Shown here: in pieces, positions 38,136 through 51,349 of the stretch
How positions within the stretch are numbered: the stretch's first letter is position 1
How the letters are laid out: every line of letters starts with the position of its first letter
Assembly: GCF_018977255.1 (NCBI RefSeq)
Contig: NW_024704742.1
Span: forward strand, 70,062,001 to 70,126,000
Reading direction: 5' to 3'
DNA length: 64,000 nt
Source of the DNA: Callorhinchus milii
Taxonomy: Eukaryota
The notes under the pieces: model-generated
Seen by the model: the letters and a program-made list of their open reading frames with translations, nothing else
What the model was told of the DNA's origin: nothing
Databases searched by the model: none
Made by a program: the position numbers and the translations under genes

Positions 38136-41104
38136 CAATCTGACGGACATCTTTTGGTGCTTGGTTTAATACAAGGCCTTTGAGATAATGGCCTCCAAAC
38201 GGACTCTCTGTACCAGGTTGTGCTGTACCTGTGGCCTTGTGGTGGAGGCTAACCTCACTAAATCCTCCCGGGCTATGCCTAGTGTGCAAACTGTCTGCCA
38301 TCGCAGGTTCCCCAATCTTTGAATGAGATGGAAAATTCATCATGGCAACTCAACCTCTTTTAAGTAGAATAATAAGAATAATCATCATCATCTTTCTTGC
38401 GCTTCATAGGATTTTACTGTGAAGTGTAGTGACTGTGTGTTTTGTGGGTGAACACGGCAGCCAATTTGCGCACAGCAATGTACCGAAAACAGCCGTGAAG
38501 TGAATATTTTTGCTGGAATTCTCGCTAAACGGTGACACACTGCCGTTCAACAGGCCAGAGCCTCCCAGTCTCTCAACCACGCCAGAGAGAATGCAAACAA
38601 TGGGGGAGCTAATAATGGAGAGCAAACACACTTAGAGACCCCCAAATTCCACCTCTTCCCAGCCATGAGACCATTTTCCAAATTGTTCCCGAATCCAGTC
38701 TAAACTTTGCTTTCATTTATGTTTTTTTTAATGTGAAATGCTGCAACCAGTTTGCACACAGAAATGTCTCTCAAACAGCTATGAAAAGATTGACCAATTT
38801 TATTTGACAGATTGTCACCAGGACAACAGGAGAGAAAACTCCCTTTCTCTGAATAGCGCAGCAGGATTTTTAACGTCCACCTGAACAGGCATAGATGGTA
38901 CCTCGGTTTACCATCTCATCCGAAGGACAGCACCTCTGACAATCAGTCGTGGATTGAGTGACCAAATTATTATTTTAAAAAAATAATAATTTGAATGGAT
39001 TATTACCTCCAGAAAGCAATCCACCAATCAACTAACAACTGGGTTCCTAATTATTGCTAGGTAAACAGAGGCATGGGAAGTAAGGAAACTTGCCTAAGGT
39101 TTCGCTCTGCCCGGGAATCAAACCCTGGTCCTCTCGCTTGCGAGGTGAATGCTCTAACCAATTCGCTATGGGAATCCACAAAGTCAACAAAAGTAGATTA
39201 GGAGGAAACAGACAAGTCACCCGGATAAAACACTCCAACATTGAAAGAGACATGTGTAGAAGGTGAGGAGACAGCTGTCCATTCTGCCTGAGAAAAGGCA
39301 TTAGTGGATTTCTTTGGGTGAAACTTTAAGTTTGGTCGTCCTAGCTGGAAAACGGCAGGAAAGCTTGCCAGATCGTGCTCTCAATGGCAAGCTATATGAT
39401 CCTTGAAGGGTAAGAAATATCAAGGGGCAAGTGGAAGGGTGGGAACAGACTGCATAAATGCAAAGAAAAACACTTAAGCAGTCTCATTAGGCTTGTTTCT
39501 TTAGCATAAGGTTCTAAGATTCTGTGATTGCATGTAAATTCCTGAAACAGAAACCAGGTATCTCATTCATTCATTAATGAATGAATGAATGAATGAATGA
39601 ATTGTTTTTTCTTGTGCTCTATGAGTGAATGATGTCCTCTGGTGGCCACTTCAACAGAGACACTACACCAAACACCTCCTCTTATGTACATCTCAAAGCT
39701 CTATCCATCTGAAGATCAATCAGCTGACTCCAAACAAATGGGAACACATGGGGCCATGTTATAGCTGGCAGCTTAGCTCAGTCATTTTATTATTTTACTG
39801 TGAAGTGTAGTAACTGTATATTTTGTAGGTGAACACAGCAGATAATTTGTACACAGAGTGACCCACAAAGATCCATGAAGAGAATGATCAATTTGATCAA
39901 ATACCTTTCTCTTCCACAGGATCTTTAACATCCTCCTAAATTGGCACTAAAACAACAACAACAACTTGCACTTATACAGTGCCCTCAAGCAGTGTAGCTT
40001 CTCAGAGCATTTAACAGTAGCGAAGCCTGACTCCGAGCCGGGGGAGGAGCTAGCTGGCCGAAGACACGACCGACCTCGGTTTAATATCTCATCCAAAGGA
40101 TGGCACCTCTGACAATGCAGCACTTCCCCCAGCACTGCCCTGGAGCGTGAGCTGTGAGCTTAAAGTGACAATGTAGGACTTGAACTCACAACTCCCCGAC
40201 TCAGAGGCGAGAGTGCTACCGAGTGAGCCAACCGTTGACTCGTTCCAAGCTAATGGAAACATGTGAGGTTATATGTCAGCTGGCAGCCTGGCTCATTCGG
40301 TTGCACTCTCGCTTCTGATCCAAAAGGTTGTTCGAGGCTCCACATCAGGGCTTTGAACTCCCAGCTGACTCTCCAGTGAGACAGCTGGGCAGCACTGTCC
40401 TATTGGAGGTGTCCTCCCTTGGAATGAGTCATTAAACTGAGCTCATGTCTGTTTGCTTAACCTCCTGTGATCCTATCTGAAAAGAGATTTTAAGTGGGAT
40501 TGAAAAAGTAAACCCAGAATAATACTTCAGCATGTACCGTAGAACTCTGAACAAGAGGACACAGGTTTACAAAAGGGCAGTTTCATGATAGACACCAGGA
40601 AGTTTTTCTTTATTCTGATGGCAATTAACGACTGGAGCAGGTTACCAGGAAGGATGGTTGATGTCAGGACATTGGGACTCATTTAAACAACAGATTGATG
40701 CCGTGCTAGGGATATGGTAAGGTAGGTGTTCTAGAGGGTTGAGATCAGATGGGCCAAAGGGCCATCGACATCCGAACCAATCTTATAACCTTGTGATTTG
40801 GTGAGAGACGAGTTTCTCCTGCTGTCCTGGCCAATGATCCTTCAGGTAAGAACTGAACAATCGTCTCGTGGCTTTGTGTGAGCTACTGGGAAAGGATTGT
40901 TTAAGAAAAACAACCTAAAGTATGACTTTTTTCCACAAAATCAGAATTGCTCAGTTCCAGGGTCAATCCTTGCATTTGGTATAGCACCTTTAACAACAGG
41001 AGGATGGTTCAAAGTGCTTCGCAGGACTTACTGTGAACTGTATGTTTTGTAACAACAACAAAATTACGCGCCTTTCACATCGGGAGGACATCCCAAGGCA
41101 CTGA

Positions 41105-41436
41105 ATATAATAATAATAATAATAATCCTTGCATTTGATATAGCGCTTTTCACGTCAGGAGGACGTCCCAAAGCGCTTCACAGAACACACTGTAAAGTGA
41201 ATTGACTGTATATTTGTGGGCGAACGCGGCAGCCAATTGCGCACAGCAATGTCCCACAAACAGTCGTAGATTGAAAATGACCAATTTAATTATTGTTTTG
41301 GGATTTTTGGAGGGATTATTATTAGGCTCTGTGTGGAGTAAGGAAACTTGCCCAAGGTTTCGCCCTGCCTGGAATTGAACTTAGGTCTCTCACTTGCAAA
41401 GCGAGTGCTCTAACCACTGAGCTACAGGACTCCACG
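41105..41436 (-). mobile_element. tRNA-Ala-derived SINE, short young subfamily
   Basis: Same family. Confidence 0.92.
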
Positions 41437-42290
41437 TCAATGTTTCGGATCCGAGTTGGGGATCGATATTGGGAAGGTAGAGGGCAGGGGGGAAGGAGAG
41501 TGATCAAAGGCACTGTCAAAGAGGAGGGTCTTGAGATGGGTCTTTTGAGGGAGGTAAAGGAGGGGGCGAGGCGGAGGGACAGCGGGATGGAGTTCCAGAA
41601 GGTGGGGGTAGAGTGGCTGAAAACTCCCCTGACAATGGTGGGGAGGGCGAGGCCGGGGATGTGAAGCAGGGCGGAGCCTGTTGAGCGGAGGGAGCAAGCA
41701 GGATGGTAGTGGGTTAGGAGGTTGCAGGCGTAGGAGGAGCAAGGCCATGGAAAGCTTGAAGGTGAGGCCGAGGATCTTGAACTGTATCCTCTGTGTGATG
41801 GGAAGCCATTGGAGTTGGGCACGGATGGGTGATAGGGTCATGGAGCCTGGTGCGGGAAAGGACACGGGCTGCAGAGTTCTGGATGATCTGCAGCCTATGG
41901 AGGGAGGAGTTGGGAGGCTGTCAAGCAAGGAGTTTGCATAGTCAAGCCTTGATGTTTTGAATGTGTGTATGAGGGTTTCGGTGGCCTGCGATGTGAGACA
42001 ATGGCGGAGCCACGCGATGTTGCAGAGGTGAGGAAAGGCAGAGCGGGTCATGGCACAGATGTGCGGTAGAAAGGATAGTTGAGGGTCAAACAAAGGTTCC
42101 AGACTGGTTCGGTGAGGTGGGGTGTGCATCCATGGTTGGTGATGCTGTTAGCCCCTGAGGTGCAGAGGTGCTGATGGGAGAGCCTAAATCTTGTTGACAT
42201 TCAACTGAAGAAAGTTCGCTCTCATCCAGGACTTGATGTCTGAGAGACCTTCTGTCAGGGCAGCAGTGGTCCTGGAGTCAAGGGTGGAGC
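41437..42290 (-). mobile_element. L2 LINE 3' fragment
   Basis: DIKSWMRANFLQLNVNK, TSRLDYANSLL and LQWLPITQRIQFK on the minus strand. Confidence 0.88.
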
Positions 42291-42846
42291 CGACATTGCT
42301 TGTTGGCCTCCACAACTCTTCCCTCCATAGGCTGCAGATCATCCAGAAATCTGCAGACTGCATCCTCTCCCACACTAGGCTCCGTGATCAAATCACCCCC
42401 ATTCTCACCCGACTCCACTGGCTTCCCATCACAGAGAGGATACATTTCAAGATTCTGGCCTTCCAGTATCTTGCTCCCCCCTACTTCTGCAACTTCCTAA
42501 CCCCCTACCATCCTGCTCGCTCTCTCCACTCAGCAGGCTCTGGCCTGCTTCATGTCCCCTGCCTCGCTTGCCCCACTATTGGCAGGCAGGCCTTCTGCCA
42601 CTGTGCCACCACCCGCTGGAACTCCATCCCGCCAGTCACTCCGCCTTGCCCCCTCGCTCGCCACCTTCAAGACACATCTCAAGGCCCCCCTCTTCAACCG
42701 TGCTATCGATCTCGCTGCTTCTCCTCCTGCCGTCTATCCTCCCCCACCCCTCTCCCTAGCTCGTGTCCAAAACTCTGTTTGTCCAGCACTTCGGGACACC
42801 CTCCTGACGTGAAAGTTGCTTTACAAATGTAATGTTGTTGTTGTTG
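42291..42846 (+). mobile_element. L2 LINE 3' fragment, head-to-head with the previous copy
   Basis: LHRLQIIQKSA and LHWLPITERIHFK; L2 tail with (TTG)n near 42830-42846. Confidence 0.88.
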
Positions 42847-43635
42847 GAAGCAGAGAGGTACAGTTAGGTGTCATCAGATTAAGAAAGCACAACAGCCACT
42901 TTGCATTTATGAATCCCATAAACAACCAGCAAGTCATTGAACTATTTTTTATCTGAGCAATTTGTTCATCCTCCAACACTGCAGTATCCCCCCGAGCCTT
43001 GAACCCACAACCTCCTGACACAGGGTTGAGAATACCACTAACTGAGCCATTCTGACACCTCAGACAGGCCCTAGGAGTTGAAATAGCAGTGGGATGCTTG
43101 TTAGTGTTCACATGCCAGGTTCAGTTGGTTAGCATTCAGCTGTCCATCTGGTATCCCCAAGCCGTGGTTCTCACTAACCTGTGCCTAATACTCTCTGGAA
43201 TTAAGCAGGGTTTCATCCCTTCCTATATATATATATATACAATAGAACATAAGAGCATAAGAAACACAAGACAAAAAAGACCAAGGTCCACCTAGTTCGC
43301 CTTCCATATTCCCAGTGGTCGCATGCACAGATGTCCCAATCTACCTTTGTACTATAATCCCATTATGTTATTTCCTAAAAGAAAACTAATCAGTGTTTGA
43401 AAGAAACAACATTTCCTGCTTCAACCGTCTCCCTAAGGAGCCTGTTCCACAGGGGGAAACAGTACCTATTCCATTCCAGACACAGGGAAGTTTCCATGTG
43501 TAGGTGGTTTACCTCCGACGCATCGCCCATCTCTGCCAATACCTCTCCCCAAAAGCCGCTGAAACCCTGGTCCATGCCTTTGTCGCCTCTCGGATGGACT
43601 ATTCAAATGCCCTCCTCGCCGGTCTCCCCTCCACT

Positions 43636-43958
43636 GTGGAGTCCTGTAGCTCAGTGGTTAGAGCACTCGTCTTGCAAGCGAGACACCTGGGTTCAATTCC
43701 AGGCAGAGGGCGAAACCTTGGGCAAGTTTCCTTACTCCACACACCTAATGATAATCCCTCCAAAAAAAAACAATAATAAATCGGTTATTTTCAATCCACG
43801 ACTGTTTGTGGGATGCTGCTATGCGCAATTGGCTGTCGCGTTTCGCCCACAACTATACGGTCAATTCACTTTACAGTATATTCTGTGAAGCGCTTTGAGA
43901 CGTCTAGAAGACATGAAAAGCACTGTATCAAATGCAAGGATTATTATTATTATATTAT
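43636..43958 (+). mobile_element. tRNA-Ala-derived SINE, short young subfamily
   Basis: Head gtggagtcctgtagctcagtggttagagc (A box), TGC anticodon-like loop, ggttcaattcc (B box), L2-like tail, (ATT)n. Confidence 0.92.
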
Positions 43959-45349
43959 TAGGTAATGCCAGCCGCTATTGCAGTGTGTACCGAGGGGGGA
44001 GGGAGAGAGAAGAGAGGGGAACGAGAGAGGTCCAGCAATCCCCCTTTCCTGCCCCCACCCCCACCTCTGTATCTCCCAACCCGACCGTTCCCTTTGCCTA
44101 CATACACCGGTTTGCTTTATGTCCCTCCACTCCATCTGCCCCACCATCGCCATTTTGTCACCATTCTCTGTAATTCCATTTCTGTAGTCCCTCTGACTGG
44201 CTCCCTCCTTCCCCTTTCAAGCCACATCAAGAAATATCTCTGACCGCACTTCCATTCATTTGTCCCCTCCCCATCCCACCTCTTTCAGCTCCCACCCCAG
44301 CTTAGGTGCCCAGCCAGCAGTGTTGAGCGCATTGAGACGTCCTTCCAATGTGAAAAAGGTGCTGTGTAAATGTAGTTATGTTTCTGGAAAGAAAACGCAA
44401 AATATTGCTTATGCAGCCTACAAACCTTTCCCGAATAGGGCATCTGGCCCTCAGCAGCCAAAAGTTTGGACCTCCCTGATCTAAAGTGATAGCCAACACT
44501 CTTTCTTTTAAACTTACTCAACATATCTTAACTCAACCGCCTTTCTATCATGTCCCAATTAGTTAAAGTAAATCCCTCCCTTCAATTACTCATCCTTGTG
44601 TTTAGAAATGCTTTGTTTATTACTTGGTTTCTTGACCGCCGCCTCCTCAGCCACGTTTTGTGCAAGTCGAAAGAGGAAGTGTCGTTATTGCGTAAGGAAA
44701 CTTACTTAACCAATACGTTACAGGACACCATTTATATAGCGTCCCTCATACAGGGTAGTGTTTCTTTTTCCTCTCCTCTTTCCCACCAACCCACCCCCCA
44801 CCACTCCTGGAGTGTCAGCCTGGACTGTGAACTCAATGTCCCAACATGAGGGTTCAGACCCACAATCTTCTGACTCGTAGTCAGGAGCACAATTGATCAC
44901 CTGAGCCAGACTGACCTATTCTGAGAAGAAAAATATAACAATAATGAAGTGAGGGAAGGACAGTGAAGGGGAGCTGAACCGGGGTTCATATTATGTTATA
45001 ATGATTCAGGGAGCGATGGGTGGAATGGCTCTTTCTGTGCTGTAAAACTCTTTTCGAAGAGAAAATGCTCTCACAGGCTGGGACTATGTGGAATATGGGG
45101 CCCTGCTCTCAGTGTGTCTATGTTTATGTTACAGATCTACGCCTCACATCCACCCAGTGTCCTCCTCTACTTTACTCTCCTCACCTCCCCTCCCCTCTCT
45201 GCACCAGGGATTGAGATCCCAACACTGGAGTCGGCCTGTGATGTCAGTGTCAACCTCAGTCACTCACACCTATGAGAGGTGACCTGGTCCTCGATTTTAT
45301 TCAACGGTGACACAGCTACACCAGGGGGAAATCTGATGCAATGATGTAT

Positions 45350-46165
45350 AGGGTAGACACAAAGAGAGAGAGACACACACACACACACACACACGTGGAG
45401 AGACATGCAGATACACATGCACATATAGAGAGAGACACATGTTTAGAGATAAACACACATACATAGACTCACATGTAGACACACACACATAGAGAGACTC
45501 ATGTATACAAGCACACACACATATAGACAGGCACACACCCACACACAGACTCACATATAGATACACACATAGAGATACTCACATATGGACACATAGACAC
45601 ATGCACACACACACAGACATATCTAGACACATACACACACACCCATAGAGAGAGAGAGACAGACACACACATAGGGAGAAAGAGAGAGACATGCACTAGA
45701 CACACACACTCATGGAGACACACACGCATAGAGAGAGACAAACCCACATAGAGAAAGACACACACACACACATACATACATATAGAGATACAGAGCGTCA
45801 AAGACAGAGAGAAAGTGATATGCAAAGACAATGAAAGAAAGAGATAGAGATGGAGTCACATAGAGAAAGACAAGGAGAGAAAGAGAGACAAAAACAGAGG
45901 AAACAAAGAAATATGGAAAAAAGAAAGATAGACAGAGGCAGATAGAAATAGAAAGTATGTGAGTGAGAGAGATGGAAATTATACATATAGTGAGGGCAAT
46001 AGAGTGAGACATGGAGAGAGGGAAAGGCAGATAGTGTGTGAAATAGACAAGGACAGCCAGAAAACAAATAAGAGTTACAGATAGACACACACACACATAC
46101 AGTTAGAGAGAGAGACAGAGAGACAGACACAGTGTGAAAGAGAGAGAGAATCATACACACAGAGG
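45350..46165. repeat. Degenerate (CA)n/(GA)n low-complexity tract
   Basis: Directly visible. Confidence 0.92.
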
Positions 46166-46319
46166 GAAGGACTGGCACAGTGTAACTGCAGTGTCAGTGT
46201 AAGTGCTGAGGGCAGGGGCTGGGTTAGATCTGGACACTGTGTGTGATGATCTATTCTCCATGTTTCCATATCCACACTGGGGGCCTCTTACACTCAGTGT
46301 GGGCATCATGTCTGGTTAC

Positions 46320-47110
46320 CTCAGGGTTTTGTACATCCAATAAAGAGAAATCTGGTTCAATGATTCTTGTGTGTGAGTGTCTGTGATGCTGAAGTCGTCT
46401 TATTAAACCTTCCCAGACCTATCCTGCCCATTCACAGTCAAGGCTTGTGAGAGCCTTGTGTGGAATGACCAAACAGTAACTATCCTCCATGAACTCGCTC
46501 CAGGGGGATATATTTGGCAATGGAATGTCGGAATCATGGCATCTCTCTGTAGTGGTCTCTAGTCTGGTTCCTGAGCCAGACGGGCACACAGTACTCCAGG
46601 GCACTGCTGATGACTGCACAGCCCAGCCTTGGAGCAGACCAGTAACTGGGGGCAGGGATTTCTCCCACTCAGCTCATGCTAACCCTGCAAGCCAAAGCCC
46701 TAACAGATAGGGTGGTCCTATTTTGGCAAGCAGTGGGAAAGCTTGCCAAACAGCAATATTAATGACAGCGATATGCAGTTTTAGCTGGTTAGACTCCAGC
46801 AACAACAACAACTTGTATTTATATAGTGCCCTTCACATGGTGTAGAGTCCTGAAGTGCTTTTACCCCAGCAGTTACCCCAATACATACTCTGGGGTCCCC
46901 AAGCCTTGGCTCTTGCCAGCCTGCGGCTAATACTTTCCAGAATTAGTTAATCAGGATATGTCCCTCCAGGGAGAGAGCGCACATTCCATCCAACAATCTA
47001 TCTCTGGGATTTCCATGTGTAGGTGGGATGTATGGAATTCTTAATTTGGTTTGGATACTCTTTAACATGGTGATGGGTTCCCGCATGTGTCAGGCATCCA
47101 GCTGTCCAAA
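46320..47110 (+). mobile_element. Most complete copy of a long, hairpin-rich non-coding interspersed repeat (LF-SINE-like)
   Basis: More than 10 homologous fragments on both strands; ends in an A-rich run; no ORF; ordered motifs resemble LF-SINE. Confidence 0.7.
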
Positions 47111-47119
47111 AGAAAGCAG

Positions 47120-47500
47120 TCAGACACTGGGACAGGGAATCCTCCCACTCAGCTCCTGTTAACCGTGGAAGCCAAAGTCCTAACGGCTAAGATGGTCCTA
47201 GCTGGACAAGCAGCAGAAAAGCTTGCCAGACAGTGCTCTAATGGCAAGATAGGTAGTTAGACTCCAGCAGTTATCCCAACGAACACTCTGGGGTCCCCAA
47301 ACCTTGGCTCTGTTCAAACCTTCATCTAGTGAACAGAGTGTGGTCCCCAGGGAGAGAGTGCCCATTCCATTCCAGACACATAGGGAAATTTTCATGTGTA
47401 GTAATTTCCATGCATATGTGCAATTCTCATTCAAGCTTAGATCATCTTAAGCATGGTGATAGATTTCTGCATACATCCGGCACCCGACTGATCAAAAAAA
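47120..47500 (+). mobile_element. Second, tandem partial copy of the LF-SINE-like repeat
   Basis: Repeats the 3' two-thirds of 46640-47110. Confidence 0.7.
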
Positions 47501-47844
47501 AGGCAAGGAAACATTTATAAGTGCTTTAATACTGAAAGTGTAAAGCTCATTATATACTGTGTCCTCTTCCAAACAACAACAAGTGTGTCAGCCTGGCGCA
47601 GTGGTATCACTCTCACTTTTAAGTCAGAAGGTTATGGGTTCAAGCCCCATGTCGGGACTTGGAATTACACAGTCTAAGATGGAATTCCAATACAGTACTG
47701 GGGGTATGTTGCTGTGCACAAGTGGCTGCTGCATTTCACCCACAAAATACACAGTCAATTCACTTTACAGTATATTCTGTGAAGAGCATTGAGACATCTC
47801 AGTGATGGGATAAGGCACTGTATCAAAGGCAAGGATTATTATTA

Positions 47845-48092
47845 ACAATTCACATTTACACAGTGCGTTCACATTGAAGGATGCCTCAATGCTCTTCGCA
47901 CTGGGAGCCAGCACTGGGATGGGGGGATGAGGGGAGGGGTGGGGCGGAGGTTGGGGAGAGTTGGGGGAAGAGTTGAGGAGAGTGGGGTTGGGTGGTGGTT
48001 GAAAGCATCATGGAAGAGATAGGTCTTCAGGTCAGTTTTGGAGGCTTGTAGGGAGGGAGCAAAGTGGAGGGACTCCAGGATGGAGTTCCAGA
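47845..48092 (-). mobile_element. L2 LINE 3' fragment
   Basis: LWNSILESLHFAPSLQASKTDLKTYLF on the minus strand. Confidence 0.7.
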
Positions 48093-48104
48093 GCACAGGC
48101 GGCA

Positions 48105-48450
48105 GAATAATAATATTCCTTGCATTTGATATAGTGCCTTATCACGTTTTCAAGACATCCAAAGCACTTCACAGAATATACTGAAAAGTGTAGTGACTGT
48201 ATTTTGTGGGTAAATGTGGTAGCCAATTGCACATAGGAGTATCCCACAAACAGTCGTGGATTGAGTGACCAAATTTTTTTTAAGGGATTATTACCCTCAG
48301 AAAGTGATCCACCAATCGACTAGCAACTGGCTTATTACTTACTGCTGGGTAAACAGTAGCGTGAGGAGTAAGAAACCTTGCCTACCATTTCAACCTGCCC
48401 AGGAATTGAATCCAGGTCTTCTCGCTTGAGGAGAGCGCTCCAACAACTAA
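48105..48450 (-). mobile_element. tRNA-derived SINE, long older subfamily
   Basis: Reverse-complement match. Confidence 0.78.
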
Positions 48451-49579
48451 GCTAAAAGACTCCATAATGGCTGAAAGTCCAATCGCCGATGATGAGGTTT
48501 GTCGGGCGGAGATCATAAAATTGAGCGGGGGGATGGCTCGCAGGTATGGTCACAGTGGTAGGGCTGTGGGGAGTGGGGGAGGAGGCCATGGAGGGATTTG
48601 GAACGCAAGGACGAAGATCTTGAATTCGATTTGCTGCGGGAGGGAGGGGGAGCGAGCACTCAGGAGATGGAGTCATCTTCACAGTGGGCACATCTGTTTG
48701 CCAAGGCACCTCCCACACGAGGACCAGGATTAAGCAGCTGTTGCTGAGTAAGCCTGGTACACAGCATTGAACTTGTACTTTGAGAACATCAAGGTGGCTG
48801 TTACGTGACAAGTTGTCCTGTAAAGGTCCTCCCACTACACTGAAATCAGATGTCCAGGGCAAGAGAGTGCACATTCCATTACAAACACAGGAATTTCCAT
48901 GTGTCGATGCGATGCATGGAATTCTCAATTTGGTTTGGATACTCTTAACCACAGCGATGGATTTCTGCACGTGTCAGACACCCGGTTGACCTATGAAACA
49001 ATCCTGTGATACAATATAACACGAAACAAACAAGTGTTAACTTCACTCTGACATTTTGTTGAGATATAATGGAGAATTTAAAGGTTTTGTGAGAGTAATA
49101 AAGCCAGAGAATTGGATATTAACCTCAAATACTCTCAATTTCGCTTTCAGCCTTGCTCCTTCATTAGCTTTTTTGATGGGAAAAAGAGCCTCAGCAAAAT
49201 ACGTATTGATACAGGGATCACATTTGCTCGGCAATAATAGCGCTTCAATCCTCTCCCCCCCAACCAGTGTCAGAATTGCCATGACAAGTGATGACAAGTG
49301 AATCTGAGGTCCCATCTGCCTGTTCAGGTGGACGTTAAAAATCCTGTATCACTATTCAAAAAAAACGTGAATTTCTCATGGGGTCCTGGCCAACAATCAG
49401 ATAACCTGTGTTCAGGGGACATCTCAAAGGATTTCACTGCACAGTGTAGTGACTGTGTATTTTATAGACGAATGCGGAAATCAATTTGTGTATAACAACA
49501 TCCCGCAAACAGTCATGGAATGAATGATCAGTTTTATCTGGGAGATTGTTGGCCAGGACAAGGGGAGAGAGAGAAACTG

Positions 49580-51045
49580 TCTTGATTGGAAAATTGCAAA
49601 CGTGACACCACTATTTAAGAAGGGTGGGAGAGAAAAGATGGGGAACTATAGACCAGTTAGTCTGACTTCAGTGGTAGGGAAAATTCTTGAGTCCTTAATT
49701 AAGGATGTTGTTATGGGATTCCTGGAAGACCATAACAAGATTAAGCAGAGTCAACATGGCTTTACAAAAGGGAAGTCATGCTTAACTAATCTTTTAGAGT
49801 TTTTTGAAGATGTATCTAGCAGGTTAGATAGGGGGGAATCAGTAGATGTAGTATATTTAGATTTTAAAAATGCATTTGACAAAGTGCCACACAAAAGGCT
49901 ATTGCAGAAGGTTAAGGCCCACGGGATTAATGGGAACATATTAGCATGGATTGAAGAGTGGCTAACGGGTAGAAAACAGAGAGTAGGGATAAACGGGTCA
50001 TTCTCGAATTGGCAGGATGTGACTAGTGGAGTGCCACAAGGATCAGTGCTTGGGCCTCAGCTATTTACGATTTACATCAATGATCTAGACGAGGACATTG
50101 AATGTAACGTATCTAAATTCGCGGATGACACTAAACTAGGTGGGAGAGTAAGCTCTGAGGATGATGCAAAAAGATTGGAATGGGATATAGATAGGCGAGG
50201 GGAGTGGGCGAGTAGGTGGCAGATGGAATTTAATGTGGGGAAGTGTGAAGTTATTCACCTAGGTAGAAAAAATAGAAAAACAGATTATTTTCTAGAGGGG
50301 AAGAGATTAGATAGTGTTAGTGTTCAGAGGGATTTGGGTGTCCTTGTACACCAGTCTCAAAAAGTTAGTTTGCAGGTGCAGCAAGCAACTAAGAAGGTGA
50401 ACGGCATGTTAGCGTTCATTGCGAAAGGTTTAGAGTACAAGAGTAGGGAAGTCTTGCTGCAACTGTATAGGACCTTGGTGAGACTGCACCTAGAGTATTG
50501 TGTGCAGTTTTGGTCTCCTTATTTAAAAAAGGACATACTTGCCCTAGAGGGGGTGCAGCGTAGATTCACTCGGTTAGTTCCTGGGATGAGGGGACTGACC
50601 TATGAGGATAGGCTGAATAAACTAGGGCTATATTCTCTAGAGTACAGAAGAATTAGGGGAGATCTTATTGAAACATATACGATTCTTAAAGGGCTGGATA
50701 GAATAGACACTGAGGGTCTGTTTCCCCTGGTAGGAGAATCTATAACCAGGGATCACAGTCTTAAAATTAAGGGTCAGCCTCTTAGAACAGAGTTGAGGAA
50801 ACATTTCTTCACTCAGAGGGTAGTGAATTTATGGAATTTACTACTCCAGAAGGCTGTAGATGCTCAGTCCTCGAACATCTTCAAGGCTGAGACTGATAGA
50901 TTTTTTAAAAAACAGAGGGATTAGGGGATATGGGGATAGGGCAGGTAAATAGAGTTAGGTCTGAAGGTCAGCCATGATCTTATTGAATGGCGGGGCAGGC
51001 TTGAGGGGCTGAATGGCCTACTCCTGCTCCTAATTCTTATGTTTT
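49580..51045 (+). mobile_element. 5'-truncated CR1 LINE with uninterrupted RT domain, inserted into an antisense Deu-SINE
   Basis: ORF to 50924 with DWKIANVTPLFKKG, DFKNAFDKV, GVPQGSVLGP and FADD; CR1 3' UTR (ggctgaatggcctactcctgctcc). SINE halves flank it. Confidence 0.95.
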
Positions 51046-51349
51046 TATATTCCCTTTTCCAATAGCGCCAGAGGATCTTCAGCATTTAGGCACAGACGGG
51101 AACTAGGTTCAATGTCTCATCCAAAGGATATGACCTCTAACAATGCAGCAATACTCCAGCACTGCACTGGAGCATCATCCTAGATGATGTGAAGGCTGAG
51201 CGTGGGGCTCGAACCGACAATTTTCTGATTCAGAGCCGAGAGCTCTACCGACAGCCAGTTGATGTTGTGTCCGATGTAAGATTATATCAATCTTACACCA
51301 AGTTGAGTTGCACTAAATGAAACAGAGCTGGATCCAAATAAATTCCTTA

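Noticed and set aside
43636..43710. tRNA-Ala(TGC)-like sequences here and at other SINE heads
   Set aside because: Each continues into a SINE body and tail and lacks a proper acceptor stem; these are SINE heads, not tRNA genes.
45297..46275. Several 66-128 aa ORFs rich in C/V/S/L
   Set aside because: Translations of (CA)/(GA) low-complexity DNA.
46520..47110. Possible telomerase RNA, RNase P or IRES identity of the structured repeat
   Set aside because: Only short chance-level motif resemblance; no full template, pseudoknot or H/ACA layout, and it is multi-copy and fragmented.
49043..49315. Overlapping 81-90 aa ORFs in a unique island
   Set aside because: No recognisable homology or splice signals.
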